Program-made: the position numbers and the translations under genes | In this document: piece by piece, positions 8,949 through 16,821 of the stretch | How the letters are laid out: each line of letters begins with the position of its first letter | Position numbering within the stretch: the stretch's first letter is position 1 | Notes under the pieces: model-generated | Databases searched by the model: none | The model's input: only the letters and a program-made list of their open reading frames with translations | What the model was told of the DNA's origin: nothing | Virus record (IMG/VR): IMGVR_UViG_3300038393_002510 | Span: 1-62,811 of that record | Strand: one strand, 5' to 3' | From: a virus | Taxonomy: Duplodnaviria > Caudoviricetes | Length of the DNA: 62,811 nt

Positions 8949-9249
8949 GACTGTGTCTCTCTGTGTGTGTGTTGCTGACGATTGAGAGAATACAGAGTCG
9001 GCAGATCGGCTCAAGAGCACAAAGCGAGAACAGAGCGAAAAAGTCAGCGGGAGGTGATTATTTTTGATGGGACGCACTTTCTCGTGCGGAGTGCGGAAAT
9101 GCCACTCGACGGGCGAGCGGAACTCCGTGGAGCCAGGATGGATTGTGCGCAATCGAATTGGGCACAACTCGATTGGGGTCAATTCAATTGGGGTCGATCG
9201 AATCACGCCCGATGGGCTCGGGCTCGATCGAGTCGTGCCCGACGCTTCC

Positions 9250-9490
9250 GCCCCATGGCGCCCCATGGGAGCGACCCCATGGCTACCTACCAAGCGGGGC
9301 CCCTAGCCGTTCCTAAAATCCGCAGCCGGAAGAGTCCAGCCCCACGGTGGCCCGAGGCGACCCACGGTGCCCCATGGGATCAGCCCCAGGAAGCCCCAGA
9401 ATTGGCCCAGGAGCGGCTCCATGGGTCTCGGAGCTGTCCATGGTGCTCCGGAGGCTCCCGTGGGCGTCCCTGGCGCTCCCATGGGGTTTG
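9250..9490. repeat. CCATGG/CCRYGG cluster 1
   Basis: CCATGG at 9253, 9263, 9277, 9372, 9419, 9438, 9479. Confidence 0.8.
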
Positions 9491-9503
9491 CCCGACACGA
9501 AGA

Positions 9504-9530
9504 AGGGGCAGCCCGGGATGGACTGCCCCT
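9504..9530 (-). terminator. intrinsic terminator
   Basis: AGGGGCAG/CTGCCCCT stem followed by a pyrimidine tract on the minus strand. Confidence 0.6.
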
Positions 9531-9557
9531 CGCGCTACGCGGGCGCGGTGACTGGGA

Positions 9558-9854
9558 TCAGAACTGCTCCTCGCGGAGCATCTCCTTCTGGAAGCGGGCA
9601 CGGGCGCGGAGGCGGTTGCGCTCGACGCGGGCGGTGCGGTGCGCGTAGCTCGCGGCCCGGGTCGCCTGGCCCATCGTGACGACGTTGCGCTCGGCGTCGA
9701 GGAGCTGGGAGAGGCTCAGGAGGTTCGAGCGGGCCTGGGCGGTGATCTCCCGGGCGTGGGCGCGCTGCATGTCGCGCGTCTCGGTCTGGAGGCTGTCGAG
9801 GTAGTCGGCGCACTCAGCGAAGCGACGGGCGACGGAAGCGATGAACTTGGTCAT
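9558..9854 (-). CDS. hypothetical helical protein
   Basis: Start MTKFIASVARRF at 9854. Confidence 0.7.
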   Translation of the reverse strand: MTKFIASVARRFAECADYLDSLQTETRDMQRAHAREITAQARSNLLSLSQLLDAERNVVTMGQATRAASYAHRTARVERNRLRARARFQKEMLREEQF

Positions 9855-10039
9855 GACTTGCTCTCGACTAGGTGAAGCGCTGCGCTTCGTTGTTGACGAG
9901 ACTGTTCTATCAAGTCGTGACGAGCTTGTGCGCGGAAGACCGAAGGATCTGCTTGGCGCTTTATGGGGCGGATACTTACGGGAGACGCTCTGTGGGAGCG
10001 GGGATCCCGGTATGGGCGGTCCGGGGCGCGGGGTCCGTC

Positions 10040-10200
10040 TCCCATGGGGTTCCATGGTAGGCCGTGGCCTGATGGACCAGGCCTGGCCTAGGCCTCATCC
10101 CATGGCCGGCCGTGGCGTTCGCGTGACCGTGATTCCCACCATGGCCGGCCATGGGAGCCTCTCCGACCGGAACCCCTAGCCGTTCCTGGATCCCATGGTG
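10040..10200. repeat. CCATGG/CCRYGG cluster 2
   Basis: CCATGG at 10042, 10052, 10100, 10139, 10149, 10193; CCGTGG at 10062 and 10110. Confidence 0.8.
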
Positions 10201-10212
10201 GATCCGAGCCAG

Positions 10213-10240
10213 AGAGAAAGGGAGCCTCGCGGGCTCCCCT
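10213..10240 (-). terminator. intrinsic terminator
   Basis: GGGAGCC/GGCTCCC stem followed by TTTCTCT on the minus strand. Confidence 0.65.
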
Positions 10241-10252
10241 CCCCTCTCGGTG

Positions 10253-11194
10253 TTAGGCTGCCTTCTGGAAGAGCACCTCCTCGAGCCGCTTGGTGATCGG
10301 GCTGTCCGTCAGGGTGAAGGTCGGGTTCCGCGAGGAGCCCTCCCGCTTGACGATCCCGAGGGTCTCGAGGGCCTGCATCGTGGAGCTCGCCTGGGTCGGC
10401 GCGGTCGAGGCGCTGACCGTGTGCCGGAGCAGGTGCTTGCGGATCGCGAGGTCGATGTGGTGCTTGTCGGAGGCGCAGGCCTTCGCGACCTCACCGGTGA
10501 AGGGCAGCCCCGCTTTGCGCATCTGGAAGAGCGAGACCATGCAGGCCCGGTTGATCGCGTTGGAGATCACCCCGTCGGCGATCCCCTTCACCGCGTCCGC
10601 GACCTTGTCGACCGCGTAGACGTTGTAGCGGGAGCCGTCGTGGAGCGTGCGGTTGATGAAGGAGGGGTCGACCTGGGCCGCGAGCATCACGCGGGAGGTG
10701 TCCTTCCACATCAGCGCCTTGCGGACCTTGTTGAGGGTCTTGTGGATGTTGTGGTGGCTCCCGTGCTTCTCCGTCTCGAAGGCGGAGCGGGCGTCGATCG
10801 CCGCGGTGATCCGGGCGGTCATGCCCTGGACCGCGATCTCGTCGTGGGCGTTCATCAGCTCCCGGAAGCTGCGCTGGGCGGCGTCCTCCCGCTCGACCGT
10901 CTCCTCGAGGGTCTCGGGGCTCTCGGTGGCCTGGTCCTCGAGGACCGTCTCGGTGGCCTCGTGGGCGAGGACCTCTGCCTCGGCCTCGTCGGACCGGATG
11001 TCCTCGAGGGTGGCGAGGGCGGCGTCCAGGTCCGCATCGTCCGTGAGCGTCTCGGCCGCGAAGGTCTGGGTGAGAGAGGCGGCGCGGTCCTCCCGACGCA
11101 TGTGGTCCGTGTAGTCGGAGATGTGGGCGCCGTAATCGTTGGCGGTCAGGACGGACTGGGCGGCGATCTTCTTGGAAGAGGTCTTGCGGGCCAT
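10253..11194 (-). CDS. acidic N-terminus plus putative winged-helix C-terminus; normally coded paralog of 8328-8948
   Basis: AAGGAG RBS and start MARKTSSKK; C-terminal ~190 aa align to the GG/CC-free protein. Confidence 0.85.
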   Translation of the reverse strand: MARKTSSKKIAAQSVLTANDYGAHISDYTDHMRREDRAASLTQTFAAETLTDDADLDAALATLEDIRSDEAEAEVLAHEATETVLEDQATESPETLEETVEREDAAQRSFRELMNAHDEIAVQGMTARITAAIDARSAFETEKHGSHHNIHKTLNKVRKALMWKDTSRVMLAAQVDPSFINRTLHDGSRYNVYAVDKVADAVKGIADGVISNAINRACMVSLFQMRKAGLPFTGEVAKACASDKHHIDLAIRKHLLRHTVSASTAPTQASSTMQALETLGIVKREGSSRNPTFTLTDSPITKRLEEVLFQKAA

Positions 11195-11309
11195 CTGTCG
11201 AACTCCTTGTTTCGTGAAGCACTGCGCTTCGTTTCGACAAGAATGACTATGATGATCCCACAGACCGGATGCTAATGGCGCGTCGTGGGACTTACGACAC
11301 TGCCTCAAA

Positions 11310-11655
11310 GACCATGGCCTATACGCGCGTGTGCTTTACATATGTCGGAAGAGGCCGTCCCATGGGGTGCCGCGGGCGCCCGTGGTGTTCCGAGGAGATC
11401 CGTGGGATGCCATGGGGCGGAGCCCCGCGGGTGTTCCGGGATATCCAACTCGGAAAAACGCCATCGGCCTGTATGTATATACCTACTATCTCTAATAGGT
11501 TTTAAGAACAGGCCGACGGACTTGGATATCCAACGGTCCGGGACACCCACGGGGCTTCCCATGGGAGAGGTGTAGGGACAGAGGCACCGGAACACCCGCG
11601 GGCGTGCCCCATGGGTTTCCATGGTCCGGGCCGAGAGGGGCCCCTGGCCGTTCCT
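11310..11655. repeat. CCATGG cluster 3 with a large imperfect inverted repeat around an AT-rich core
   Basis: CCATGG at 11312, 11360, 11410, 11559, 11609, 11619; arms ~11410-11472 and 11508-11564. Confidence 0.75.
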
Positions 11656-12297
11656 GATTTCGGGCTTGGAGTGTGACCGCGACCGGTCCGGGTCAAGGAC
11701 TCGCGGAGGCACCGCGTTCTCGCCGGACCGGTCGAAGCGTCAACAACACAGCCGCTCAGAGAGCAGGAGCGCCGCCTACGCGCTCGACTGATGCTGACAG
11801 AGATACCCGGTCCGCGTGTCGCTGTCATGCGGGGCACCGAGGCTGGTTTTCCCGTGGGTGTGGAGAGTGTGGGTCGCGGCCGGCCTGATGCGTTCTTCTG
11901 AGAGGCTCACTCCCCACTGACACACGCTCATGGGGCTCACCTCTCCCCTCCCCTGTCTCTCTAAGGGCTCCCTCTCCCTACGTTCTCTCACCCCTGGAGC
12001 GGTCTCTCATGGGTGTGCGTTCCTAGTGCCTTTCTCGCTAGGGGTGTCGTGTGCGTGAGGTCCCTCCCCTCTCATGGCGCATCGTGCTTCTCGCTCTAGG
12101 GATCGGGGCTCTGTGCGTGCTCTCTCTCGCTATGCTCATGTGAGCGTCCCTGTGTCGGGGGATCGCTTGAGAGCGCTGGTGAGCGTGTTCCTCAGTCTGA
12201 GATGAGCGCGTGCGCGTTCGTTCGCTGGGAGCGTCTCAGCGCGCGTTTCTGACTCTCCCGGGATTTGTCCGTTTGGATGCAAAATCGCGTTTGGGGT

Positions 12298-12346
12298 GGA
12301 CAAACACAGGACATTTACCGGACATCCGCAGGACGTTGACGGGACA
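12298..12346 (+). repeat. GGAC repeats with exact 11-bp period
   Basis: GGAC at 12298, 12309, 12320, 12331, 12342. Confidence 0.7.
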
Positions 12347-12447
12347 AACCGACCGGATCGGGCTCACGTCGTATTGGACCGGAGCAGGACATCCTGTCCG
12401 GCCTACGTCCTGCGTTTGTCCATGGCCTGCAGGCCTGCGGACCAGGC

Positions 12448-12669
12448 CTACGAGGCCTCTTCCTCTTTCAGCTCCAGGGCCCGGATGATGATCTGGTGCT
12501 GGTCCGGGAGGCCCTCGGTGAGCCGGCCGATCGAGTAGGGGCTGGCCGCTTTCTCCTCCGGGGTGTCCAGGAACGTGAGCTGGACCAGAGCCACGCTCAG
12601 CGCGTAGTCGGCCCGGCCGGGTCGTTCCTTGAAGGTCTCCAGGCAGGTGCGGATGTCGTGGGGTTCCAT
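12448..12669 (-). CDS. small hypothetical protein (paralog of 12597-12872)
   Basis: Shared PG.ADYAL and SPY.I..L..G motifs. Confidence 0.7.
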   Translation of the reverse strand: MEPHDIRTCLETFKERPGRADYALSVALVQLTFLDTPEEKAASPYSIGRLTEGLPDQHQIIIRALELKEEEAS

Positions 12670-12872
12670 GCGTCGGTCCTCAGCCTCATGGCGCGCTGGA
12701 TGAGGGCCTCGGCATTGTCGAACCCCTTCACCAGGTTTGGGATCGCGTAGGGGCTCTGGGGCCTCTGGCGAGGGGGCGTGCCAATAAGGGCTCGGAGCGC
12801 GCGACGCAACGCGTAATCCGCCAGGCCGGGGCTGCCGGTGGAGATCATCTCCCGCAGCCGCACCGGGTCCAT
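12597..12872 (-). CDS. small hypothetical protein (paralog of 12448-12669)
   Basis: Shared motifs as above. Confidence 0.7.
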   Translation of the reverse strand: MDPVRLREMISTGSPGLADYALRRALRALIGTPPRQRPQSPYAIPNLVKGFDNAEALIQRAMRLRTDAWNPTTSAPAWRPSRNDPAGPTTR

Positions 12873-12884
12873 GAGCCTTCTCCG

Positions 12885-13301
12885 TCAGTCCAGCAGGTAG
12901 ACGCCGCCGTCATAGACCGGGGTCCGGGCGCGAGGCGTCCCTGAGACGTTGCGGGTCCAGTAGCAGTGCCGCGTCACCTGCCCCTTGTGTCGGAGGCACT
13001 CATATTCCGTGACGCGTTCCGCAACCGTTACCGCGGTGCCCTTGCGTAGCATGATGCAGTGGCGCTCGCGCTCATCGACGATGGGGTCTCCGAACCTCAT
13101 CCACATGCTCTGGATCTGATCCCGCCTGCCGGCCCTGTAGGCGCCGTCCAGCTCGTCGGCGTCCAGGAAGTTCTGACAGGCCGGCTGGTCCTTCTTGAGG
13201 ATGTGCGGGCCCGGGTTGGGCACGGGGAAGGGCTTGGTCTGGGCCCAGGATGGGCTGGGGAGCACCAGGACGGCGATGAGGGAGAGGTGAGCGAGCTTCA
13301 T
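12885..13301 (-). CDS. secreted protein with Sec signal peptide
   Basis: MKLAHLSLIAVLVLPSPSWA leader; four Cys. Confidence 0.7.
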   Translation of the reverse strand: MKLAHLSLIAVLVLPSPSWAQTKPFPVPNPGPHILKKDQPACQNFLDADELDGAYRAGRRDQIQSMWMRFGDPIVDERERHCIMLRKGTAVTVAERVTEYECLRHKGQVTRHCYWTRNVSGTPRARTPVYDGGVYLLD

Positions 13302-13421
13302 GCTCTGCTCATAGCTTGGCTGTGTAGGGGCTTTCTAGCGCCCCTCAGCGCACCAGATGGCCCATGGGTCGCCATGGCCTTCGTGTGGGTCGGGGCTATG
13401 AGCCCCGGGTCTCTAGCTCCC

Positions 13422-13856
13422 TCACTTGAGGCCGAACTGGTTGATGCTCAGGATCTCGCGGTCCTTGAACACGATCTGCATCACCGCGATGCCGTCGCCG
13501 CGCCACTGGTAGGTGGAGTAGCGGGTGCCACCGATGCGGCTGTCCGAGATCAGCTCCCCCTCGCAGTCGTTCATCACCCGTCGGACGTGGCTCTTGAACT
13601 GACCGGCCTTGAGGGCTCGGAACTTCTCGTAGGTGGCCTTGCAGTCCGGCTGGAGGATATCCTCAACCGAGCCGTTGCGTCCCTGCTTGCCATCGAGCGG
13701 GTGCGGCGGCCGCTCGCCCTCATAGGCGGTCTGCTGGGTCTGGATGGCCGGCTGGGCGGTGTCGCTCGTCTTCTGCAAGAGCAGCGGGCCGACGATGATG
13801 GCCGCGACGATACCGGTGGCGGCGATCCAGAAGCCTTTGCTGTTGGGCTGGGTCAC
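13422..13856 (-). CDS. membrane-anchored protein, BLIP/DUF3862-like C-terminus
   Basis: N-terminal TM helix; GELISDS..YQW.G...IVF pattern. Confidence 0.6.
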   Translation of the reverse strand: MTQPNSKGFWIAATGIVAAIIVGPLLLQKTSDTAQPAIQTQQTAYEGERPPHPLDGKQGRNGSVEDILQPDCKATYEKFRALKAGQFKSHVRRVMNDCEGELISDSRIGGTRYSTYQWRGDGIAVMQIVFKDREILSINQFGLK

Positions 13857-14059
13857 GCTGCCACCCTCTGCCGGAGAGCCTGGTTTACGATGGCCGGGAC
13901 GTGCATGCCGATCTGCGCAAGCTGACCGCGGGCGCGCTCGAGGAGCTGGAGCTCGTTCTCGGTCGGCGACCAGGTGCCGTCCCGGGCCTTCATGGCGTAG
14001 AGGTTGAGGGCGACCTCGCTGGCGAAGTCGGCGATCAGGTCAGCGGCGTCGCGGTTCAT
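13853..14059 (-). CDS. hypothetical protein
   Basis: Coupled ORF in an operon of small genes. Confidence 0.65.
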   Translation of the reverse strand: MNRDAADLIADFASEVALNLYAMKARDGTWSPTENELQLLERARGQLAQIGMHVPAIVNQALRQRVAA

Positions 14060-14280
14060 CCCTTCCTCTCCTTCACCTCTGCCTTCAGGAACAGGCCGCG
14101 CACGATGGTCTTCTCGTGGGCGGTCATGGCGTCGTAGCTCGGGCTCACCACGAGCTTGCCGTTGATCGGCAGCTCCCGCTTGCCGTCGAAGAGAGCCCGG
14201 GCGAGCTTCTCGGCGTGGTCGGTGATCATGGTCTTGGCCTTGATGTGGCCGCCCAGGGTGTTCTCGGGGATGGCGCTCAC
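14056..14280 (-). CDS. hypothetical protein
   Basis: Coupled ORF. Confidence 0.65.
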   Translation of the reverse strand: MSAIPENTLGGHIKAKTMITDHAEKLARALFDGKRELPINGKLVVSPSYDAMTAHEKTIVRGLFLKAEVKERKG

Positions 14281-14636
14281 AGGCTTCCCAGCTCCTTCGT
14301 CATGGAGGTGACGAACTTGCTGGCCTTCGCGTCCGCCACTCGCTCCAGGAGCACCTTAGCCAGCGCCTCGGCGTGCTCGGGCGAGAGCACCAGCCGGGTT
14401 GCGAGGCTAATGTCTGGGGCGAGCTGGACGATCTCGATGTCAGGGAAGGAATCATCGGGCCTGTCGTCGCTCGCCCAGAGCACCGCTCGAACCGTCAGCC
14501 CTTCCGGCGCGATCTCCTTGCCCATGAGCACGTCGACCGCGCCCTCACGGATCAGGTTCTCGCAGTAGTCCGCCTGGAGGTCATTGAGGTCCAGGTCGCC
14601 CGAATAGAGGTTGGGCGTCAGTTCCGGCTTCATCAC
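14277..14636 (-). CDS. hypothetical protein
   Basis: Coupled ORF. Confidence 0.65.
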   Translation of the reverse strand: MMKPELTPNLYSGDLDLNDLQADYCENLIREGAVDVLMGKEIAPEGLTVRAVLWASDDRPDDSFPDIEIVQLAPDISLATRLVLSPEHAEALAKVLLERVADAKASKFVTSMTKELGSL

Positions 14637-14896
14637 GCTGCCTCCATCACCCAGCGCTGCACCGGCAGCGGCATCTTCAGGAGCCCCTGGATGTAGGCGT
14701 TGCCCTTCTCCGTGAGCACGAAGCGGTCGTCGCCGAACCGCTCCCGCTCGGGGTCATAATCCATCAGGCCCTCGGTGATGAGCGCCTCGATGAACCCCTC
14801 GTGCGACCGGCTCCGCGGGCACGGATAGGGTTCGGGCGCGAAGTAGTGCCAGAGCAGCAGGTGGAGCTGCCCGGCCGGCATGGTGTTCCCGCTCAT
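14633..14896 (-). CDS. small wHTH-like protein (paralog of 14893-15153)
   Basis: LITEGLM...VLTEKGNAYIQGLL; ATGA overlap at 14893-14896. Confidence 0.7.
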   Translation of the reverse strand: MSGNTMPAGQLHLLLWHYFAPEPYPCPRSRSHEGFIEALITEGLMDYDPERERFGDDRFVLTEKGNAYIQGLLKMPLPVQRWVMEAA

Positions 14897-15153
14897 TTCG
14901 CGACCCTCGAGTCCGACCGGCGCCGAGGCATCGGGGTGGCGAGAAGCCTCTCGACATAGGCCGTGCCGCGCTCGGTCAGCCGGAGATCGTAGTTGCCCTT
15001 GGCCGGGCTCTCGGGGCTGTGTTCCAGCAACCCCTCGCCGATCAGCTCGTCTCGCCATGAGCCCGTGCCTGCCCTGGGTGGCTCCGGCGGCGCTGTAAGG
15101 AAGTGCTGGCGCAGGAGCAGGGCGAGCTTGTCCGCGGACATCTTCTTGCTCAC
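14893..15153 (-). CDS. small wHTH-like protein (paralog of 14633-14896)
   Basis: LIGEGLL...RLTERGTAYVERLL. Confidence 0.7.
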   Translation of the reverse strand: MSKKMSADKLALLLRQHFLTAPPEPPRAGTGSWRDELIGEGLLEHSPESPAKGNYDLRLTERGTAYVERLLATPMPRRRSDSRVAK

Positions 15154-15332
15154 GCTGCCACCTCCACGAGGTTGAGGACCGGGTCGCTCCGCATCAGCGC
15201 CGTGCGCTGGTCCGGGCTCATGAGGTTCCAGGCGGCCCGCAGGAGGTCCTGGAGATCCCCGACCTCGTGGTCGGGGTCTTCGTCGGCGCCGTGCTGCCGC
15301 GCGGCGCCGAGGAAGTCTTCGAGGTTGGTCAT
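15150..15332 (-). CDS. hypothetical protein
   Basis: Start MTNLEDFL; coupled. Confidence 0.65.
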   Translation of the reverse strand: MTNLEDFLGAARQHGADEDPDHEVGDLQDLLRAAWNLMSPDQRTALMRSDPVLNLVEVAA

Positions 15333-15517
15333 CAGAAGTTTCTCTCCCTGTCTACGAACTCTTCCATCGCCTGCCGGCCGCGGGCGATGATCCCTTCCGC
15401 CTTGCACCGGGCGGCGTGCTGGAGATCCTCCAGCTCGCCCTCGTCCTCGGTGTAGGAAGCCGTGTTCATGACGGCGATCAGCGCGTATTCGCGCACGAGG
15501 TCCGCGAGCTGATCCAT
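15332..15517 (-). CDS. hypothetical protein
   Basis: Start MDQLADLV; coupled. Confidence 0.6.
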   Translation of the reverse strand: MDQLADLVREYALIAVMNTASYTEDEGELEDLQHAARCKAEGIIARGRQAMEEFVDRERNF

Positions 15518-15828
15518 CAGCCCGCGATCTCCTCGGCCGCGTTCATGCCGTCGTTCCAGGTCAGCTCGGCGAAGAGGCCGGCCTCGGCCTCGGCGAGCGT
15601 GGGCGAGTGGTCGGTGCCGCCCATGTGCCAGCCCCACTCGAAGCGGCCGTCGATCTCGATGATGGCGACGGCCCACGTCTCATTGTTGCGCGTGAAGGCG
15701 TAGAGGTGCGGCACGGCGCGCGGCGCAGCCTTGGAGCCGACCAGGCCCTCGACCGTCATGTGCGTCAGCGCCTCGAAGTCAGAGGCGTCGAAGTGCTTGG
15801 AGGTGGCGCGGAAGTCTTCGATGTTCAT
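15517..15828 (-). CDS. hypothetical protein, first gene of the operon
   Basis: Start MNIEDFR; leader carries the TGTGTTGCTGACGA motif. Confidence 0.7.
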   Translation of the reverse strand: MNIEDFRATSKHFDASDFEALTHMTVEGLVGSKAAPRAVPHLYAFTRNNETWAVAIIEIDGRFEWGWHMGGTDHSPTLAEAEAGLFAELTWNDGMNAAEEIAG

Positions 15829-16016
15829 GTCGCTCTCGCGTCGCTGTGTTGCTGACGAGATCGACACTATCGACCCCATCAGCGCTTGTGCGCGGCAGCT
15901 TGTGGCATCTGAAATTCACGCTCAGAGCGTCTGTGAGCGTCGGGATCGCGCTCGCGTATGCGAGACAAGTGCGAGCGCATGAACGCGCTCACCGCTCAAT
16001 TCTCGCGATCCCTGCG

Positions 16017-16334
16017 CTATGGGGCGCGCTTGCGTGCGCTCGCGCGCTGCTTCTCAGCCCAGACCAGCAGCTCTGGCAGCGCGCCGACCTTGTGCTTGTG
16101 CAGGAGGATCGTGCTCGCCTCCACGGACAGGCCGATGAGCTCCTCCTCGTCGAGCATCACCATCTCGCCGGTCTCCGGGACGTTGAAGGCGACGCCACCC
16201 TTGATCCGCACCACGTTCCTGAAGGAGTAGGCGCCGTTGCGCGTGATGAGCTTGGCGCTCAGCACCATGCCGTCGTGCTCGGCCGGGTCGACCAGGATCG
16301 CCTGGTTCACGATCTCCTTGGTGATGAGCCTCAC
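16017..16334 (-). CDS. hypothetical protein
   Basis: Coupled ORF. Confidence 0.65.
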   Translation of the reverse strand: MRLITKEIVNQAILVDPAEHDGMVLSAKLITRNGAYSFRNVVRIKGGVAFNVPETGEMVMLDEEELIGLSVEASTILLHKHKVGALPELLVWAEKQRASARKRAP

Positions 16335-16618
16335 CGCCGCGGCCTCCTCTTCTCGCGTTGGGTCCAGTCCTTGCGCGCCACCCAGTGCTTGGCCGGGCGG
16401 ACCGCATCGCGGCGCAGGACCGGCTCGTGCTCTATGCCGAAGCCGGCGCCCATCAGCGTCAGCACCACAGCCGCCCTGCCCCAGCGCCGGCCCGGCACAA
16501 CGTGGCAGTTGATCTCGGCCGAGCGCCGCGTCTGCTGCGCCTGGATCTCGGCGATCTCGGCGGCGCGAACGGAGTCGATGCGCTCGCCCTCGTAGTAGAT
16601 CTCGTGGTCGCCGCTCAT
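16331..16618 (-). CDS. hypothetical protein
   Basis: Start MSGDHEIY; ATGA overlap. Confidence 0.6.
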   Translation of the reverse strand: MSGDHEIYYEGERIDSVRAAEIAEIQAQQTRRSAEINCHVVPGRRWGRAAVVLTLMGAGFGIEHEPVLRRDAVRPAKHWVARKDWTQREKRRPRR

Positions 16619-16821
16619 CGCGACGCCTCGTAAGCCTCGGGGGTCAGCTCGTAGGTCTTCGTGCTCCCGTGCTCGCAAGCGTAGCCGGGCGTGGTCCGTC
16701 CGACGACCGTGCGGTTGCGGGCCTCCCAGATCACCTCGTTGCGCTTGGTGTTGAGCACGATGTCCCGCGGCCCGATGTAGGCGAAGAACCGCTCCTTGCT
16801 GACGGTGACGAAGCGGCTCAT
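16615..16821 (-). CDS. hypothetical protein
   Basis: Coupled ORF. Confidence 0.65.
   Translation of the reverse strand: MSRFVTVSKERFFAYIGPRDIVLNTKRNEVIWEARNRTVVGRTTPGYACEHGSTKTYELTPEAYEASR

Noticed and set aside
8251-9000. Ordinary low-GC horizontally acquired gene or sequencing artefact
   Set aside because: CG and GC dinucleotides are abundant while GG and CC are absent, the frame is intact and paralogous to a neighbour, and the true low-GC moron at 40221-40805 has plenty of GG/CC. Homopolymer collapse is unlikely because AA and TT runs remain.
8949-9293. N-terminal extension of the 321-aa ORF in the track
   Set aside because: It runs through repeats and the promoter. The GG/CC-free boundary, the leader motif and the paralog alignment all point to ATG 8948.
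11410-11564. Protelomerase (telRL) site
   Set aside because: The centre is not a perfect palindrome and no protelomerase is visible in the window; kept only as a generic terminus/origin candidate
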